Assembly: GCA_963664705.1 (NCBI GenBank)
Contig: OY761556.1
Span: 6,784,001-6,848,000 of the forward strand
DNA length: 64,000 nt
Direction: 5' to 3'
DNA from: Acidobacteriota bacterium
GTDB taxonomy: Bacteria; Acidobacteriota; UBA6911
This document shows, piece by piece, positions 22,262-31,867 of this stretch; position 1 is the stretch's first letter, and every line of letters starts with the position of its first letter. Under the pieces are notes generated by a model. It did no database searches, was not told the DNA's origin, and worked only from the letters and a program-made list of their open reading frames with translations. The position numbers and the translations under genes were made by a program.

Positions 22262-22999
22262 ATGTCCGAATTCTCAATTATTCGAAGCGAATTGCAGGCA
22301 GTAGCGGATCTGGAAAAGGCGAAGATACTCGCCCGTTTTTTTAAGACGGGGCCGGGAGATTATGGGGAAGGAGACCGGTTCCTCGGCATTGTGGTTCCGA
22401 AGACGAGAAAGGTTGCCAAAGCTCATGTCAACGCGGCCGCGAAGGATATCCTCCGGCTGCTTCGGTCTCCCTATCATGAGGAGCGGCTGACCGCTCTTTT
22501 GATTCTGGTCGAGCAGTATCGGCGTGGGGATCCGGCTCGAAAGAAATCGATTTATGACCTGTATCTTGCCAATACCGCATCCATCAACAATTGGGACCTT
22601 GTCGATCTTACGGCACCGAATATCGTTGGATGTCAATTGCACGGGAAAGCGTGCGGGGAACTGACGCGCCTGGCGCTTTCGAGCGATCTCTGGGAGCGGC
22701 GTATTGCCATGCTGGCAACCTATTATTTCATCCGCCTCGGCGAGAGTGGAGAGGCTTTGCGGATAGCGAAAATGCTGCTGTCCGATAAGGAGGACCTGAT
22801 TCACAAGGCTGTGGGATGGATGCTGCGCGAGGTTGGCAAGAGATGCTCCAGGGAAACGGAAAGCGTTTTCCTGGACAAGCATGCGGCTACGATGCCGCGC
22901 ACGATGCTTCGCTATGCGATTGAGCACTTCCCGGAACCGCTGCGGAAGAAATACATGTCGATGCGGACAACCCGGAGCGCCGCCGGGCGCTTAATGTAG
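22262..22999 (+). CDS. DNA alkylation repair protein (AlkD-like)
   Basis: Motifs FFKTGPGDYGEGDRFLG, NNWDLVD, IHKAVGWMLRE, MPRTMLRYAIE. Confidence 0.9.
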   Translation: MSEFSIIRSELQAVADLEKAKILARFFKTGPGDYGEGDRFLGIVVPKTRKVAKAHVNAAAKDILRLLRSPYHEERLTALLILVEQYRRGDPARKKSIYDLYLANTASINNWDLVDLTAPNIVGCQLHGKACGELTRLALSSDLWERRIAMLATYYFIRLGESGEALRIAKMLLSDKEDLIHKAVGWMLREVGKRCSRETESVFLDKHAATMPRTMLRYAIEHFPEPLRKKYMSMRTTRSAAGRLM

Positions 23000-23074
23000 C
23001 AACGAAGCTTTTGGCACTGGGACCGCCGCCGTCTCGCCTAATACCATTTATTTTATTTCGGACGTTTTTCTTTC

Positions 23075-23535
23075 GCCCCTTCGGGGCTGGTTTATGGGCT
23101 AATCCAATCCAGGGGTTCGCTGCGCTCACCCCTGGCTACTTGCTTTCGGCCCTCCGGGCCTGTTGCCTCTCTCGCGTCGCAGAACTCAGAACAATTACTC
23201 TGTGGCATCAGTGCCATGCACGCAGCAGTGAGCCCCGGCCTAATATCAATAGCCGTGAAAGGAGTTTTTTGGGAATTGCGCGCTGGGAGCACCGCCGTCC
23301 CGGCTGATGCTGCATACTATTTCGCAATCAAATCAGCCCCGGCAGGGGCGATCAGAAAGTATCCAGGGGTGAAGTGCAGCGAACCCCTGGTAAAGATAAG
23401 CGCGAGAAAGAGCCCTGTAAGGGGCGAAACACCGGATTTTTTAGGCCTGCCTGGACTGACGCGCATGCAGCCTTGCTTGTTTACCTCGAAACGCGGAAAC
23501 CTGCAAATACGATGCGGTATTGGGCGCTCCGGCAG
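23075..23535. repeat. Cluster of REP-like palindromes in inverted arrangement
   Basis: CCAGGGGTTCGCTGCGCTCACCCCTGGCTA near 23110, its inverse TCCAGGGGTGAAGTGCAGCGAACCCCTGG near 23362, GCCCC-N3/4-GGGGC minihairpins, and a GGGAGCACCGCCGTCCCGGC unit. Confidence 0.75.
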
Positions 23536-23979
23536 CTAAGAAAAGATTTCCTTTAACTTCTGCCGGCGGAATTCGAATATCCTCTCAACGTTGCGGGCAA
23601 CCATCAATCTCTGGATAAGCCAGCCGCCCGGCACCATATAGTCCACGTGATCCTTCACCATCGTGCCGCCGTCTATTTCCGCAAAAGTATGCTCGTGCTT
23701 CCATAGCCGGTAGGGGCCGCGGATCTGTTCATCCACAAACCGGAGCGGGGGCTCCCACGCGGAGATCTCACTGCGCCACAAAAAAGGGAAGCCGTGCAGG
23801 CGCAGGCGGTAGTCGATGAGCGCGCCCCTGCGCATTTCAAAGGGAGGCCTGGTTTGTATTTCAAAGTTCAGCCAGGGTGGGGTAATGGCTTCGAGATTCG
23901 AGGGATCGGAAAAAAAGAGAAATACTTCCTTCAGGGGATGATTCAGCTGCAATGCGGAATCCAGTGTGAAGATTTTCAT
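23536..23979 (-). CDS. SRPBCC/START-fold protein
   Basis: FFSDPSNLEAITPPWL, WRSEI, FVDEQIRGPYRLWKHEH. Confidence 0.88.
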   Translation of the reverse strand: MKIFTLDSALQLNHPLKEVFLFFSDPSNLEAITPPWLNFEIQTRPPFEMRRGALIDYRLRLHGFPFLWRSEISAWEPPLRFVDEQIRGPYRLWKHEHTFAEIDGGTMVKDHVDYMVPGGWLIQRLMVARNVERIFEFRRQKLKEIFS

Positions 23980-24047
23980 GGCCGGCTTATGAGTGTTCAC
24001 AGGGAGCCCCGTTGTTGCATCGGCGCTCCCTGCATTTTCAGAACGCG

Positions 24048-25922
24048 CTAATTGGCCGCCAGAGGATTGGCCGGGAGATTCCAGCCGGGCTTCACGCCCG
24101 CGGCGGCATTCTGTTCGTCGAGATACTTCTTGAGCGGCGCAAAGTATTCGAGCAGCGCCTGAGCGTCGATTTTGTCCTCTCCGGTCAGGGCTTTGAGTGC
24201 CTCCGGCCACGGACGGCTCAGACCCATTTGGAGCATGGCATCCAATTTGGCTCCGGCCTGCTTGTTGTCGTAAAACGAGCAGCGATGCAATGGTCCTTTG
24301 TAGCCGGCTTCATTGCACATGGCCCGATAGAATTGAAACTGAAGGATGTGCGCCAGGAAGTAGCGCGTGTATGGAACATTTGCCGGGACATGGTATTTGG
24401 CTCCCGGATCGAAATCCTTCTCGGATCGGGCGACCGACGGGGCGACGCCCTGATACTTCTCTCTCAATTGCCACCAGCCCTTGTTGTAATCGGCCGGCTT
24501 CAGCGAGCCGTCCATAACCTTCCATCTCCACTGATCGATCATAAGTCCGAACGGCAGGAATGCGATTTTGTCCAGCGCCCGGCGCAGGAGGAGGGCTGTG
24601 TCATCGGAATTTGGAACCGTTGCCAGCAGTCCCACTTTCTGCAGGTAGGCGGGTGTGATCGAGAGCGCAATCGTATCTCCAATCGCCTCATGGAACCCAT
24701 CGTTGGCTCCACCCTGGAAGAGGAAGGGCTGATTTTCGTAAGCCCGCTGATACATGTTGTGTCCGAGTTCGTGATGAACCGTAACAAAATCCTCGTCCCG
24801 GATCTGGATGCACATCTTCAGCCGCAGGTCGTCCTTGTTGTCGATATCCCAAGCGCTGGCGTGGCATACGACTTCGCGGTCGCGCGGTTTCGTAAACAGG
24901 GAGCGTTCCCAGAATGTTTGTGGGAGCGGTGCAAAGCCGAGAGATTTGAAGAAACTCTCTCCATAGCGGACCATGGCCAGCTCATCAATCTTTTTTTCCT
25001 TTAAGATGCCTGTCAGGTCGTAGCCTGCATTGGCACCTTCAACCGCAACGAGCGGATAAATGTTGCTCCACTCCTGAGCCCAGGGATTCCCGAGCAGGTC
25101 CGAGCGGATCAGCCCCTCTTTGGTCACGGCATCATTGCCGTATTGTTTCGAAATGCGCGTACGAACATAGGCGTGCAGCGATTCATACAGCGGGCGAACC
25201 TGGTTCCATAGCCGCTCCACGTCGGCGGAAAACTGTTCCGGCGTCATGTCGTAATTTGATCTCCACATGGCGCCCATATCTTTAAACCCCAGTTCCTGCG
25301 CTCCCTTGTTCTGCAATTGAATAAACCGGGTATATTTTTCGCGAAGGGGTGCCCCAACCGCATTCCATGCGGTCCAGATTTCCTTCATTTCCTGCGGATC
25401 CCGGCTGGAAGCCAGAATCTGTTCGACTTCACCGATCGGGAGGCACTTGCCGGCGAATTTGCCCGACGGCGGGCAGGCCTTACCCTTGCCATACTCCGCT
25501 TCAAGGTTTGTGCCCAGCTTGGCCATTTCTTCCCGGTCCTTGGGATTGCTTAGAGAGAAAAGAGAAAGCTTCAGGAGCTTGAATTTGCGCTCCAGTACTG
25601 GAGGCAGCTTCATTCCGTCAAAGCGCTTTACCTCTCTGGCCAGCCTGGTTTGCGCTTCGATGTAATCCTGGTTTGCCTGTGAAGCGATCGCCTCGGTATC
25701 ATCGGTGATAAAGTTGGCCTGCACCCAGGCTGCGCGCGATGCTTTCACTGCCAGGTCGTCCAGCATTTTTTCCGTGTCTGCAATGAATTTTTCCGCTTCG
25801 GCCACTGTCGGGGCTGCTTTTGGCGTGGCTTTCTGGAAAGCGCCGCGCGACAGCTGTGCCGTGGAAAGGATGGCCATTGCCGAAAGGATCAGTATGAAAT
25901 TCAGATGTTTACGTTTTTGCAT
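24048..25922 (-). CDS. Peptidase M2 (ACE-like peptidyl-dipeptidase A)
   Basis: CHASAW, HHELGH zinc motif, GANDGFHEAIGD, FDPGAKYHV, YTRYF. Signal peptide. Confidence 0.95.
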   Translation of the reverse strand: MQKRKHLNFILILSAMAILSTAQLSRGAFQKATPKAAPTVAEAEKFIADTEKMLDDLAVKASRAAWVQANFITDDTEAIASQANQDYIEAQTRLAREVKRFDGMKLPPVLERKFKLLKLSLFSLSNPKDREEMAKLGTNLEAEYGKGKACPPSGKFAGKCLPIGEVEQILASSRDPQEMKEIWTAWNAVGAPLREKYTRFIQLQNKGAQELGFKDMGAMWRSNYDMTPEQFSADVERLWNQVRPLYESLHAYVRTRISKQYGNDAVTKEGLIRSDLLGNPWAQEWSNIYPLVAVEGANAGYDLTGILKEKKIDELAMVRYGESFFKSLGFAPLPQTFWERSLFTKPRDREVVCHASAWDIDNKDDLRLKMCIQIRDEDFVTVHHELGHNMYQRAYENQPFLFQGGANDGFHEAIGDTIALSITPAYLQKVGLLATVPNSDDTALLLRRALDKIAFLPFGLMIDQWRWKVMDGSLKPADYNKGWWQLREKYQGVAPSVARSEKDFDPGAKYHVPANVPYTRYFLAHILQFQFYRAMCNEAGYKGPLHRCSFYDNKQAGAKLDAMLQMGLSRPWPEALKALTGEDKIDAQALLEYFAPLKKYLDEQNAAAGVKPGWNLPANPLAAN

Positions 25923-26133
25923 ATTCGTGCCTCCGGTCTCACCGGAATATATTAGACCTGGACCGGGCGGTCGCCAATGGGATTCAAACGGTGTTTGCCG
26001 CGCCGGAAGGTTCCTTGGCCGTGTCCTGCCGGTCCGTAGATGGTGGAAAGTTCGTGCTTTTTCCGGAATAGATGCTTAAATAATGCAGCCGCCGGATGAA
26101 GCGAAATATTATGGATCGGCGCGGTGTAAAGGC

Positions 26134-26859
26134 ATGAAATCCAAAACTTCAATGACCCTGGATCGAGTACTGTCCCGCTACGGGCTGTCTTCCCGTACCG
26201 AGGCACGCCAGGCAATTCTGGGAGGCCGCGTCAAGATAAACGGGCGCGTAGTGCGTGACCCGGATAAATGGACGGACCCCAAAATCGATGCCATCCACCT
26301 GGATGGCAAACGGGTGCGGCAGGCTCACAAGACATATATTCTCTTCTACAAGCCCAAAGGTGTGATTACCAGCCACGGCGATCCCAGCGGAAGAAAAACG
26401 GTATATGACTGCCTCGGCCCGGAAGTGCCCTGGGTTGTTCCTGTCGGGCGGTTGGATAAGGATACCTCGGGGTTGCTCCTACTGACCAACGACACTGATT
26501 TTGCCAATCACGTTACGGACCCTGCCTCCCAGGTTCGCAAGACCTACATCGTCAAGGCGAATATGATCGTCAGCGATGAGATCATTGACAAACTCGCGCA
26601 AGGGCTGACTCTGAAGCGTGGCGACCGGGCCGAACCGGAGAGCGTGCGTCGTATTGAAGATCGCGGAAAATACAGCTGGCTCGAAATTATCCTGACCGAA
26701 GGCAAGAATCGCGAAGTCCGCAGGCTTCTGGAGGCGGTGGAACTCAAAGCGCTCAAGCTCGTCCGGACCCGGATCGGTCCCTGCACGATGGAAGGTCTCC
26801 AGGTGGGGAAGTGGCGCAATCTTCTACGATCCGAAATTCCGCTTTTTTACAAATCTTAG
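26134..26859 (+). CDS. rRNA pseudouridine synthase (RsuA/RluB family)
   Basis: S4 domain, YKPKG, GRLDKDTSGLLLLTND, EGKNREVRR. Confidence 0.93.
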   Translation: MKSKTSMTLDRVLSRYGLSSRTEARQAILGGRVKINGRVVRDPDKWTDPKIDAIHLDGKRVRQAHKTYILFYKPKGVITSHGDPSGRKTVYDCLGPEVPWVVPVGRLDKDTSGLLLLTNDTDFANHVTDPASQVRKTYIVKANMIVSDEIIDKLAQGLTLKRGDRAEPESVRRIEDRGKYSWLEIILTEGKNREVRRLLEAVELKALKLVRTRIGPCTMEGLQVGKWRNLLRSEIPLFYKS

Positions 26860-26952
26860 CTGCACCGGTTTTGGCGTCTTCGCGCGTAATCAGGATTTGT
26901 GGCAAAGGATGTGCGCGCCAGCCTCAAGTCTCACGATGGAATCGAGGGTATC

Positions 26953-28275
26953 ATGCTGGAACGGCTGTTCAAACTGCAGGAAAACCGTACTGATCTGAAG
27001 ACGGAGGTCATGGCCGGGGTTACGACCTTTATGACCCTTTCCTACATTATTTTTGTCCAGCCCACCGTGCTCTCCGCCTGCGGCATGGATTTTGGCGCCG
27101 TTCTGGTGGCCACCTGCGTTTCCAGCGCTATCGCGACATTCCTGATGGGTGTCTATGCCAACTATCCGATCGCTCTTGCGCCGGGGATGGGGCAGAATTT
27201 CTTTTTTGCCTACACGGTTGTGCTCAAAATGGGGATCCCTTGGGAGAAGGCGCTGGGAGCGGTTTTTATCTCCGGCGCGCTGTTTCTTCTGCTCTCTTTC
27301 TTCGGATTCCGCGAAAAACTGATCGATGGAATGCCGGATTCGCTCAAGGAGGCCATCGCCGTCGGCATCGGGCTATTCATTGCGATGATCGGTTTTCAAT
27401 GGTCGGGTATCGTCGTCGGTTCGCCTGGAACGCTGGTGAGCATCGGTTCTCTGCACAGCGCGCCTGTGCTGCTTTCCGTTCTCGGCCTGCTGCTGACGGT
27501 CGTTCTGGTGGCAGCACGCATCCGCGGCGCCCTGCTGTGGGGCATCCTGGTAACGGCGTTGGCCGGATTGCCTTTGGGAGTTGTGAAATATCATGGAATT
27601 ATCGGCCCCGTGCCGTCCATCACGCCGTCGTTTCTGAAACTGGATATCCCGGGAGCCTTTGATATCGGCCTGGTCAGCGTCATTTTCATTTTCTTCTTCC
27701 TCGCCCTTTTCGATTCAGTGGGGACGCTGATCGGAGTCAGCAGCCAGGCGGGCCTGCTGGTCGATGGAAAGCTCCGCCGCGCCCGCCAGGCCCTATCCGC
27801 GGATGCCTTCGGATCCGTTGCCGGGGCGATGATGGGAACCTCTACTGTAACGGCATATGTCGAAAGCGCCGCCGGTGTCGCGGAAGGTGGCCGGACCGGG
27901 CTCTCGAATATGGTGACGGGCCTTTTGATGCTGGCTTCCCTGTTTTTCTATCCCCTCTCCCGAATGGTGGGGGATGGGTTCAAACTGGCAAGCGGATTCC
28001 AGATTTACCCCGTGGTTGCACCCGCGCTGATTGTGGTAGGGAGCATGATGCTTGCCAATGTTCGGCGTATTCGCTGGGAGGACGCCACGGAAGCCATCCC
28101 GGCTTTTTTGACCATCGCCGTTATGCCATTTACCTTCAGCATCACGGAAGGGATTGCGTTCGGGTTCATTTCCTATGCGCTTGTGAAACTGGTCAGCGGG
28201 CGGGGAAAGGAAGTTCCGGGTCTGGTGTATTTCTTTGCCGTACTATTTGTAATTCGGTATGTGTATCTGCAGTAG
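26953..28275 (+). CDS. NCS2/AzgA family purine permease
   Basis: EVMAGVTTF, APGMG, GTSTVTAYVESAAGVAEGGRTG, MPFTFSI. Confidence 0.93.
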   Translation: MLERLFKLQENRTDLKTEVMAGVTTFMTLSYIIFVQPTVLSACGMDFGAVLVATCVSSAIATFLMGVYANYPIALAPGMGQNFFFAYTVVLKMGIPWEKALGAVFISGALFLLLSFFGFREKLIDGMPDSLKEAIAVGIGLFIAMIGFQWSGIVVGSPGTLVSIGSLHSAPVLLSVLGLLLTVVLVAARIRGALLWGILVTALAGLPLGVVKYHGIIGPVPSITPSFLKLDIPGAFDIGLVSVIFIFFFLALFDSVGTLIGVSSQAGLLVDGKLRRARQALSADAFGSVAGAMMGTSTVTAYVESAAGVAEGGRTGLSNMVTGLLMLASLFFYPLSRMVGDGFKLASGFQIYPVVAPALIVVGSMMLANVRRIRWEDATEAIPAFLTIAVMPFTFSITEGIAFGFISYALVKLVSGRGKEVPGLVYFFAVLFVIRYVYLQ

Positions 28276-28290
28276 TCCGCAGCTGGCGCC

Positions 28291-28350
28291 GAGATTCAAA
28301 ACTCCAGATTCCCGATAATCCGGAATCCGGAATCCGAAATCGAGAATCCC
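28291..28350. repeat. Degenerate inverted heptamer arrays between convergent genes
   Basis: ...CTCCAGA TTCCCGA TAA TCCGGAA TCCGGAA TCCGAAA TCGAGAA... Confidence 0.65.
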
Positions 28351-28354
28351 AAAC

Positions 28355-29137
28355 CTAATCCGATACAAAAACCTTGCTGCAGGTAAAAACGACGGGAGAA
28401 GTAACCGCCTGTCCGTTTTCGCTTGCCGGCCGGAAACGCGCGGATGCTATCAACCACTTGAAATTGGTCAGCATCGTCTGGTCGTAAGGATGCTCAAGAA
28501 CGGTTTCGACTTTGGCGGCTCCGTTGCGGTCCACGGTAGCGACTACAGAAAAAGTGTCTTCTTCCCCAACTCTGGAAATGCTTTGTCCATATTCCACAAG
28601 ATACAGGGGATTAATCGCGGCAGGTGCACTTCGGCTCTGCAGCGAAGGGGACATTCCGAGTTTCTTCGTCAAGGATCGGCTTACGTTGTTCCGGTAGGCA
28701 GGCTGCTGGCCGAGGCAGTAATATGCCGGCGTGATGGAAGCGCGCTGCGTATCCTGAGCTTCCACAGCCAGGTATGGAGTAATCGCCGTGGGGACCAGGA
28801 GAAAGAACAAGGAGGCAAGCAGCGTTCCCACTGCTCTTGTTGCATACCACATCCCTTCGGTTGTGCGGATTATGGACCAGTAGCGTTCCAGCTCATTTCG
28901 TACACGCACACGCCAAGGCTCTTCTGCCAGCCGGTATCGCACGAGGCGGTGCAGAAATTCCGGGGCCTCGACTCCGCTCATGGACCGCAGCTTGCGCTGC
29001 AGAGTCGAAAGCGTGTCGAATTCTTTCCGGCACCGAATGCACTGCCCCAAGTGCTGATTGACTTGGACTGCCGTATCGTCATCCAGGACACCGTCCAGGA
29101 ACTCCGATAGCAATGGTAAAACCTTGTTACATAACAT
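28355..29137 (-). CDS. zf-HC2 anti-sigma factor with TM and C-terminal TonB-C-like domain
   Basis: LSEFLDG...HLGQCIRC (HxxxCxxC); one TM; C-terminal VVATVDRNG...ARFRPASENGQAV. Confidence 0.8.
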   Translation of the reverse strand: MLCNKVLPLLSEFLDGVLDDDTAVQVNQHLGQCIRCRKEFDTLSTLQRKLRSMSGVEAPEFLHRLVRYRLAEEPWRVRVRNELERYWSIIRTTEGMWYATRAVGTLLASLFFLLVPTAITPYLAVEAQDTQRASITPAYYCLGQQPAYRNNVSRSLTKKLGMSPSLQSRSAPAAINPLYLVEYGQSISRVGEEDTFSVVATVDRNGAAKVETVLEHPYDQTMLTNFKWLIASARFRPASENGQAVTSPVVFTCSKVFVSD

Positions 29138-29155
29138 GGCGGCCTCTAGTTCAGC

Positions 29156-29770
29156 TCATCGCTCCTTAAAGTGTCGCTTCAGCGTTTCTCGCCCTCGGGC
29201 AATCCGCGATTTTACGGTACCGAGGGAAATCTGCATCGATTCTGCAATCTCCTCATAAGAGAGCCCTTCAATATCCCGCATCACCACGGCAATTCTCTGC
29301 TGCAATGGCAATTGGAGAAGCAAGCGCTCTATTTCCGCATGCTCTTCCTGGATCAGGAGAGCTTCTTCGGGGCTCTGGTTGTCCGACTTCATATGACAGA
29401 AGAGCTCCCGATCGGGATTATTGGCCAGGTGCTCTTCCAGGGATACCGTCCCCCGGCGCCTCAAACGGTTCCACCAGCGGAACCGGTTTGCCGCCCGGTT
29501 GACAGCAATGCAGTAAATCCATGTTTTTAAAGAGGATTCACCGCGGAAGGAATCCATTTTTCTGAAGATCGTCAGGAACACCTCCTGCGAAACATCCAGG
29601 GCTTCCTCCCGGTCTCCCAAAATATGAAACACTAATCCGAACACCATCGAGTTGTAACGCTCGAATAGTTCGTCAAAGGTCAGTCCGATCCTTCTGTCAA
29701 CACTATCCAGAGTTGACCTTTGTGTTACCGCACTGTCTTCTTTTGCCAGCGCCAGTTCATCCGGATACAT
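29156..29770 (-). CDS. ECF sigma factor (RpoE/SigW-like)
   Basis: DVSQEVF, FRGESSLKTWIY, EGLSYEEIAESMQISLGTVKSRIARGR. Confidence 0.93.
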   Translation of the reverse strand: MYPDELALAKEDSAVTQRSTLDSVDRRIGLTFDELFERYNSMVFGLVFHILGDREEALDVSQEVFLTIFRKMDSFRGESSLKTWIYCIAVNRAANRFRWWNRLRRRGTVSLEEHLANNPDRELFCHMKSDNQSPEEALLIQEEHAEIERLLLQLPLQQRIAVVMRDIEGLSYEEIAESMQISLGTVKSRIARGRETLKRHFKER

Positions 29771-29812
29771 AACCTATCCACGTCTGCGCCTGAACGTAAC
29801 ACATGCCTAACG

Positions 29813-29842
29813 TTTGAGACATCCTTCAGGAAAAAAAGTTCC
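29813..29842 (-). promoter_or_regulatory. Sigma-E-type promoter, probably autoregulatory
   Basis: Minus strand GGAACTT-N16-TCTCA about 45 bp upstream of the ECF gene, close to the RpoE consensus. Confidence 0.65.
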
Positions 29843-29858
29843 AATTATCTAGAAATAC

Positions 29859-30242
29859 CTACAGAGCCGGGTGTTCTCCGGCCTTGTTCACGGCATCTTC
29901 CGGAAAACCGATGGATTCGCGCAAGACTCGTGGTTTTTCCGGTTTTTCAATGGCCAGAAGCTGGTTAAGCTCATCGGAACTCAAGAGTTGCACCTTTTCC
30001 AGGTATTCTGAGATTCGTAGAAGCCTTTCCATTTTGGAGCTTTTATCCGGAGCTGCAGAGATGACAGCTTGAAAGCGTTCTCGCAAAGAATTGGAATCTA
30101 TTCCTGAAGGGGATTTTTGCAGCAAGGACTGTTCCACAACAAAGTAAATCAGCGAAGGAGAATAGTGCTTTGCCGCTCCGTAACAAATCGACGCCATGAC
30201 AAAAAGCGAACCAAGAACGACAGATCGCTTTTGAATCGTCAT
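29859..30242 (-). CDS. Hypothetical protein with N-terminal TM
   Basis: MTIQKRSVVLGSLFVMASICY..., preceded by a GGAGG RBS. Confidence 0.55.
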   Translation of the reverse strand: MTIQKRSVVLGSLFVMASICYGAAKHYSPSLIYFVVEQSLLQKSPSGIDSNSLRERFQAVISAAPDKSSKMERLLRISEYLEKVQLLSSDELNQLLAIEKPEKPRVLRESIGFPEDAVNKAGEHPAL

Positions 30243-30440
30243 ACAGGTGCCGACCTCCGCCAGAAGTATACCAGATGCAGGGGATTGGATACAGGATTGG
30301 CATTTCCGGGCGGCCGATCCGGGGTATTGCAGGTGGGGAGGTGAGATAACGAGGCACTGAAAACTGGGAATCCTTGCATCCGGCCTCCCGCATCCTGTAT
30401 TCTGCAACTGTATCCAAGGAAACCAGCAGGAGTGCGTCAA

Positions 30441-31448
30441 ATGGCTTGTCCTCAATGCCAGAGCAATGAGATCAGCCCGGAGGGCTCATGCCTGATCTGC
30501 GGCTACAAGATCGATGCCAAACCCACGGAACCAAAAGAAGAAGCGGACCCTCAGCCGGAGGCTGGGCCTTCGGGGGCGATAGAAGTCAATTATGCCGAAG
30601 GAGAACCGGCTGCCGGGAAAAGCGAGGTCCCGCCGTGGAGGCAGCAGCTCTCGCAGAGATTGCATGAGATAAAGCAGAAGAGAGAATCAATGGCGGCCTC
30701 TGCTCCTGTCGAAAGAAAGCCGGCACCAGCGCCGGCTCCCCCGATGAAATCCCTGGAAAGCATGAATTCCCTGCAGGAGCGGTTGAAGCGCGTGCCGGTG
30801 CGCAAGCCGCAGGTGCCGGTTATTCCATTACCCCGGCAGCGAAAACTGGAGCCGCTGCCCGAGCCAGCTCCCCGGCCGGCCCCTCAGCCATCCTCCAAAC
30901 CGGCGGATGTGCAGGAAATCAGGAATCTGATCGATAGCGCCGTATCCAAGCAGGCTCCCACGGCTCCTGCCCGACCTGAGCTTGTTTCGGTTATAGCAAG
31001 CGGACCCGCACCGGCGTCAGCGCCGGCGTTGGAACCCTCGGAAGGGAAGCTGATTTTCCTCTCACGGACCCTTGCGGGGCTGGTGGATTTGATCGTGGTG
31101 GTGCTCTGCACGGGCGGATTCATTATCGCGGCCGATTATTTTTCCGGGATTATCGAGCTGGATCACCTGAGCCTGGCGCTGTTTGCTGTCGTATTCCTCA
31201 TGGTATTTTTTGTGTATTCGCTTTTCTTTCTTTCGGCCACAAACCAGACAATCGGCATGATGATTACCGATCTTCGGGTGGTTGCAGGCAGTGAAACGCG
31301 TCCGTCGATCCGGCAACTCCTGGGCCGGTGCAGTGCTTTCCTCCTTTCTCTTCTTTGTGCCGGGATTGGGCTTTTCCTGGGACTTTTTGACCGAGACAGC
31401 CTGTGTTTTCACGACCGTGTTTCGGGCACACATGTTGTGAGGATCTGA
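30441..31448 (+). CDS. RDD family membrane protein with N-terminal zinc ribbon and Pro-rich linker
   Basis: CPQC...CLIC; RTLAGLVD; QTIGM; FHDRVSGTHVV. Confidence 0.85.
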   Translation: MACPQCQSNEISPEGSCLICGYKIDAKPTEPKEEADPQPEAGPSGAIEVNYAEGEPAAGKSEVPPWRQQLSQRLHEIKQKRESMAASAPVERKPAPAPAPPMKSLESMNSLQERLKRVPVRKPQVPVIPLPRQRKLEPLPEPAPRPAPQPSSKPADVQEIRNLIDSAVSKQAPTAPARPELVSVIASGPAPASAPALEPSEGKLIFLSRTLAGLVDLIVVVLCTGGFIIAADYFSGIIELDHLSLALFAVVFLMVFFVYSLFFLSATNQTIGMMITDLRVVAGSETRPSIRQLLGRCSAFLLSLLCAGIGLFLGLFDRDSLCFHDRVSGTHVVRI

Positions 31449-31470
31449 CCACCCTGCAGGCAAGACACAC

Positions 31471-31858
31471 CGAGAGCGCCGCCGTCCCGGCGAATGCCGC
31501 ATGATATTTGCGCTAGGCCCTGCGACGCAACTGAAGCGACAGGCCCAGAGGGCCGAGAGATCGTAGCCGGGGGTGAAGCGCAGCGAACCCCCGGTAGCGA
31601 TAAGGGGGAGAGAGAGCCCCGGCCAGGGGCGAAAGATCAGCATTCTGCCGCCCCGTCAGGGCTTGATACAGGACTAATTCAATCCGGGGGTTCGCAAAAA
31701 GCGCTCACCCCCGGCTGCGTTCTGGCCGCCCCGCTGGGGCTGGGAAGCCTCGTGCTTCCGGCTTCCTTGGGCAAATAATATGCGGCATTGGCCGTCCCGG
31801 CGGCAAAAGGCATAGCCGCTTGCATGGCGCCGATGCCGCCGGGACGGCCGCGCTCCCA
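31471..31858. repeat. Nested REP-like palindrome cluster
   Basis: Outer GAGAGCGCCGCCGTCCCGGCG ... GCCGGGACGGCCGCGCTCCC encloses the inner pair GTAGCCGGGGGTGAAGCGCAGCGAACCCCCGG and CCGGGGGTTCGC...CACCCCCGGCT. Confidence 0.8.
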
Positions 31859-31867
31859 ATGTCTGAA

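Noticed and set aside
23011-23556. Short ORFs in REP clusters (also 31494-31859 and 53472-54000)
   Set aside because: Translations of GC-rich palindromic repeats, with no protein features.
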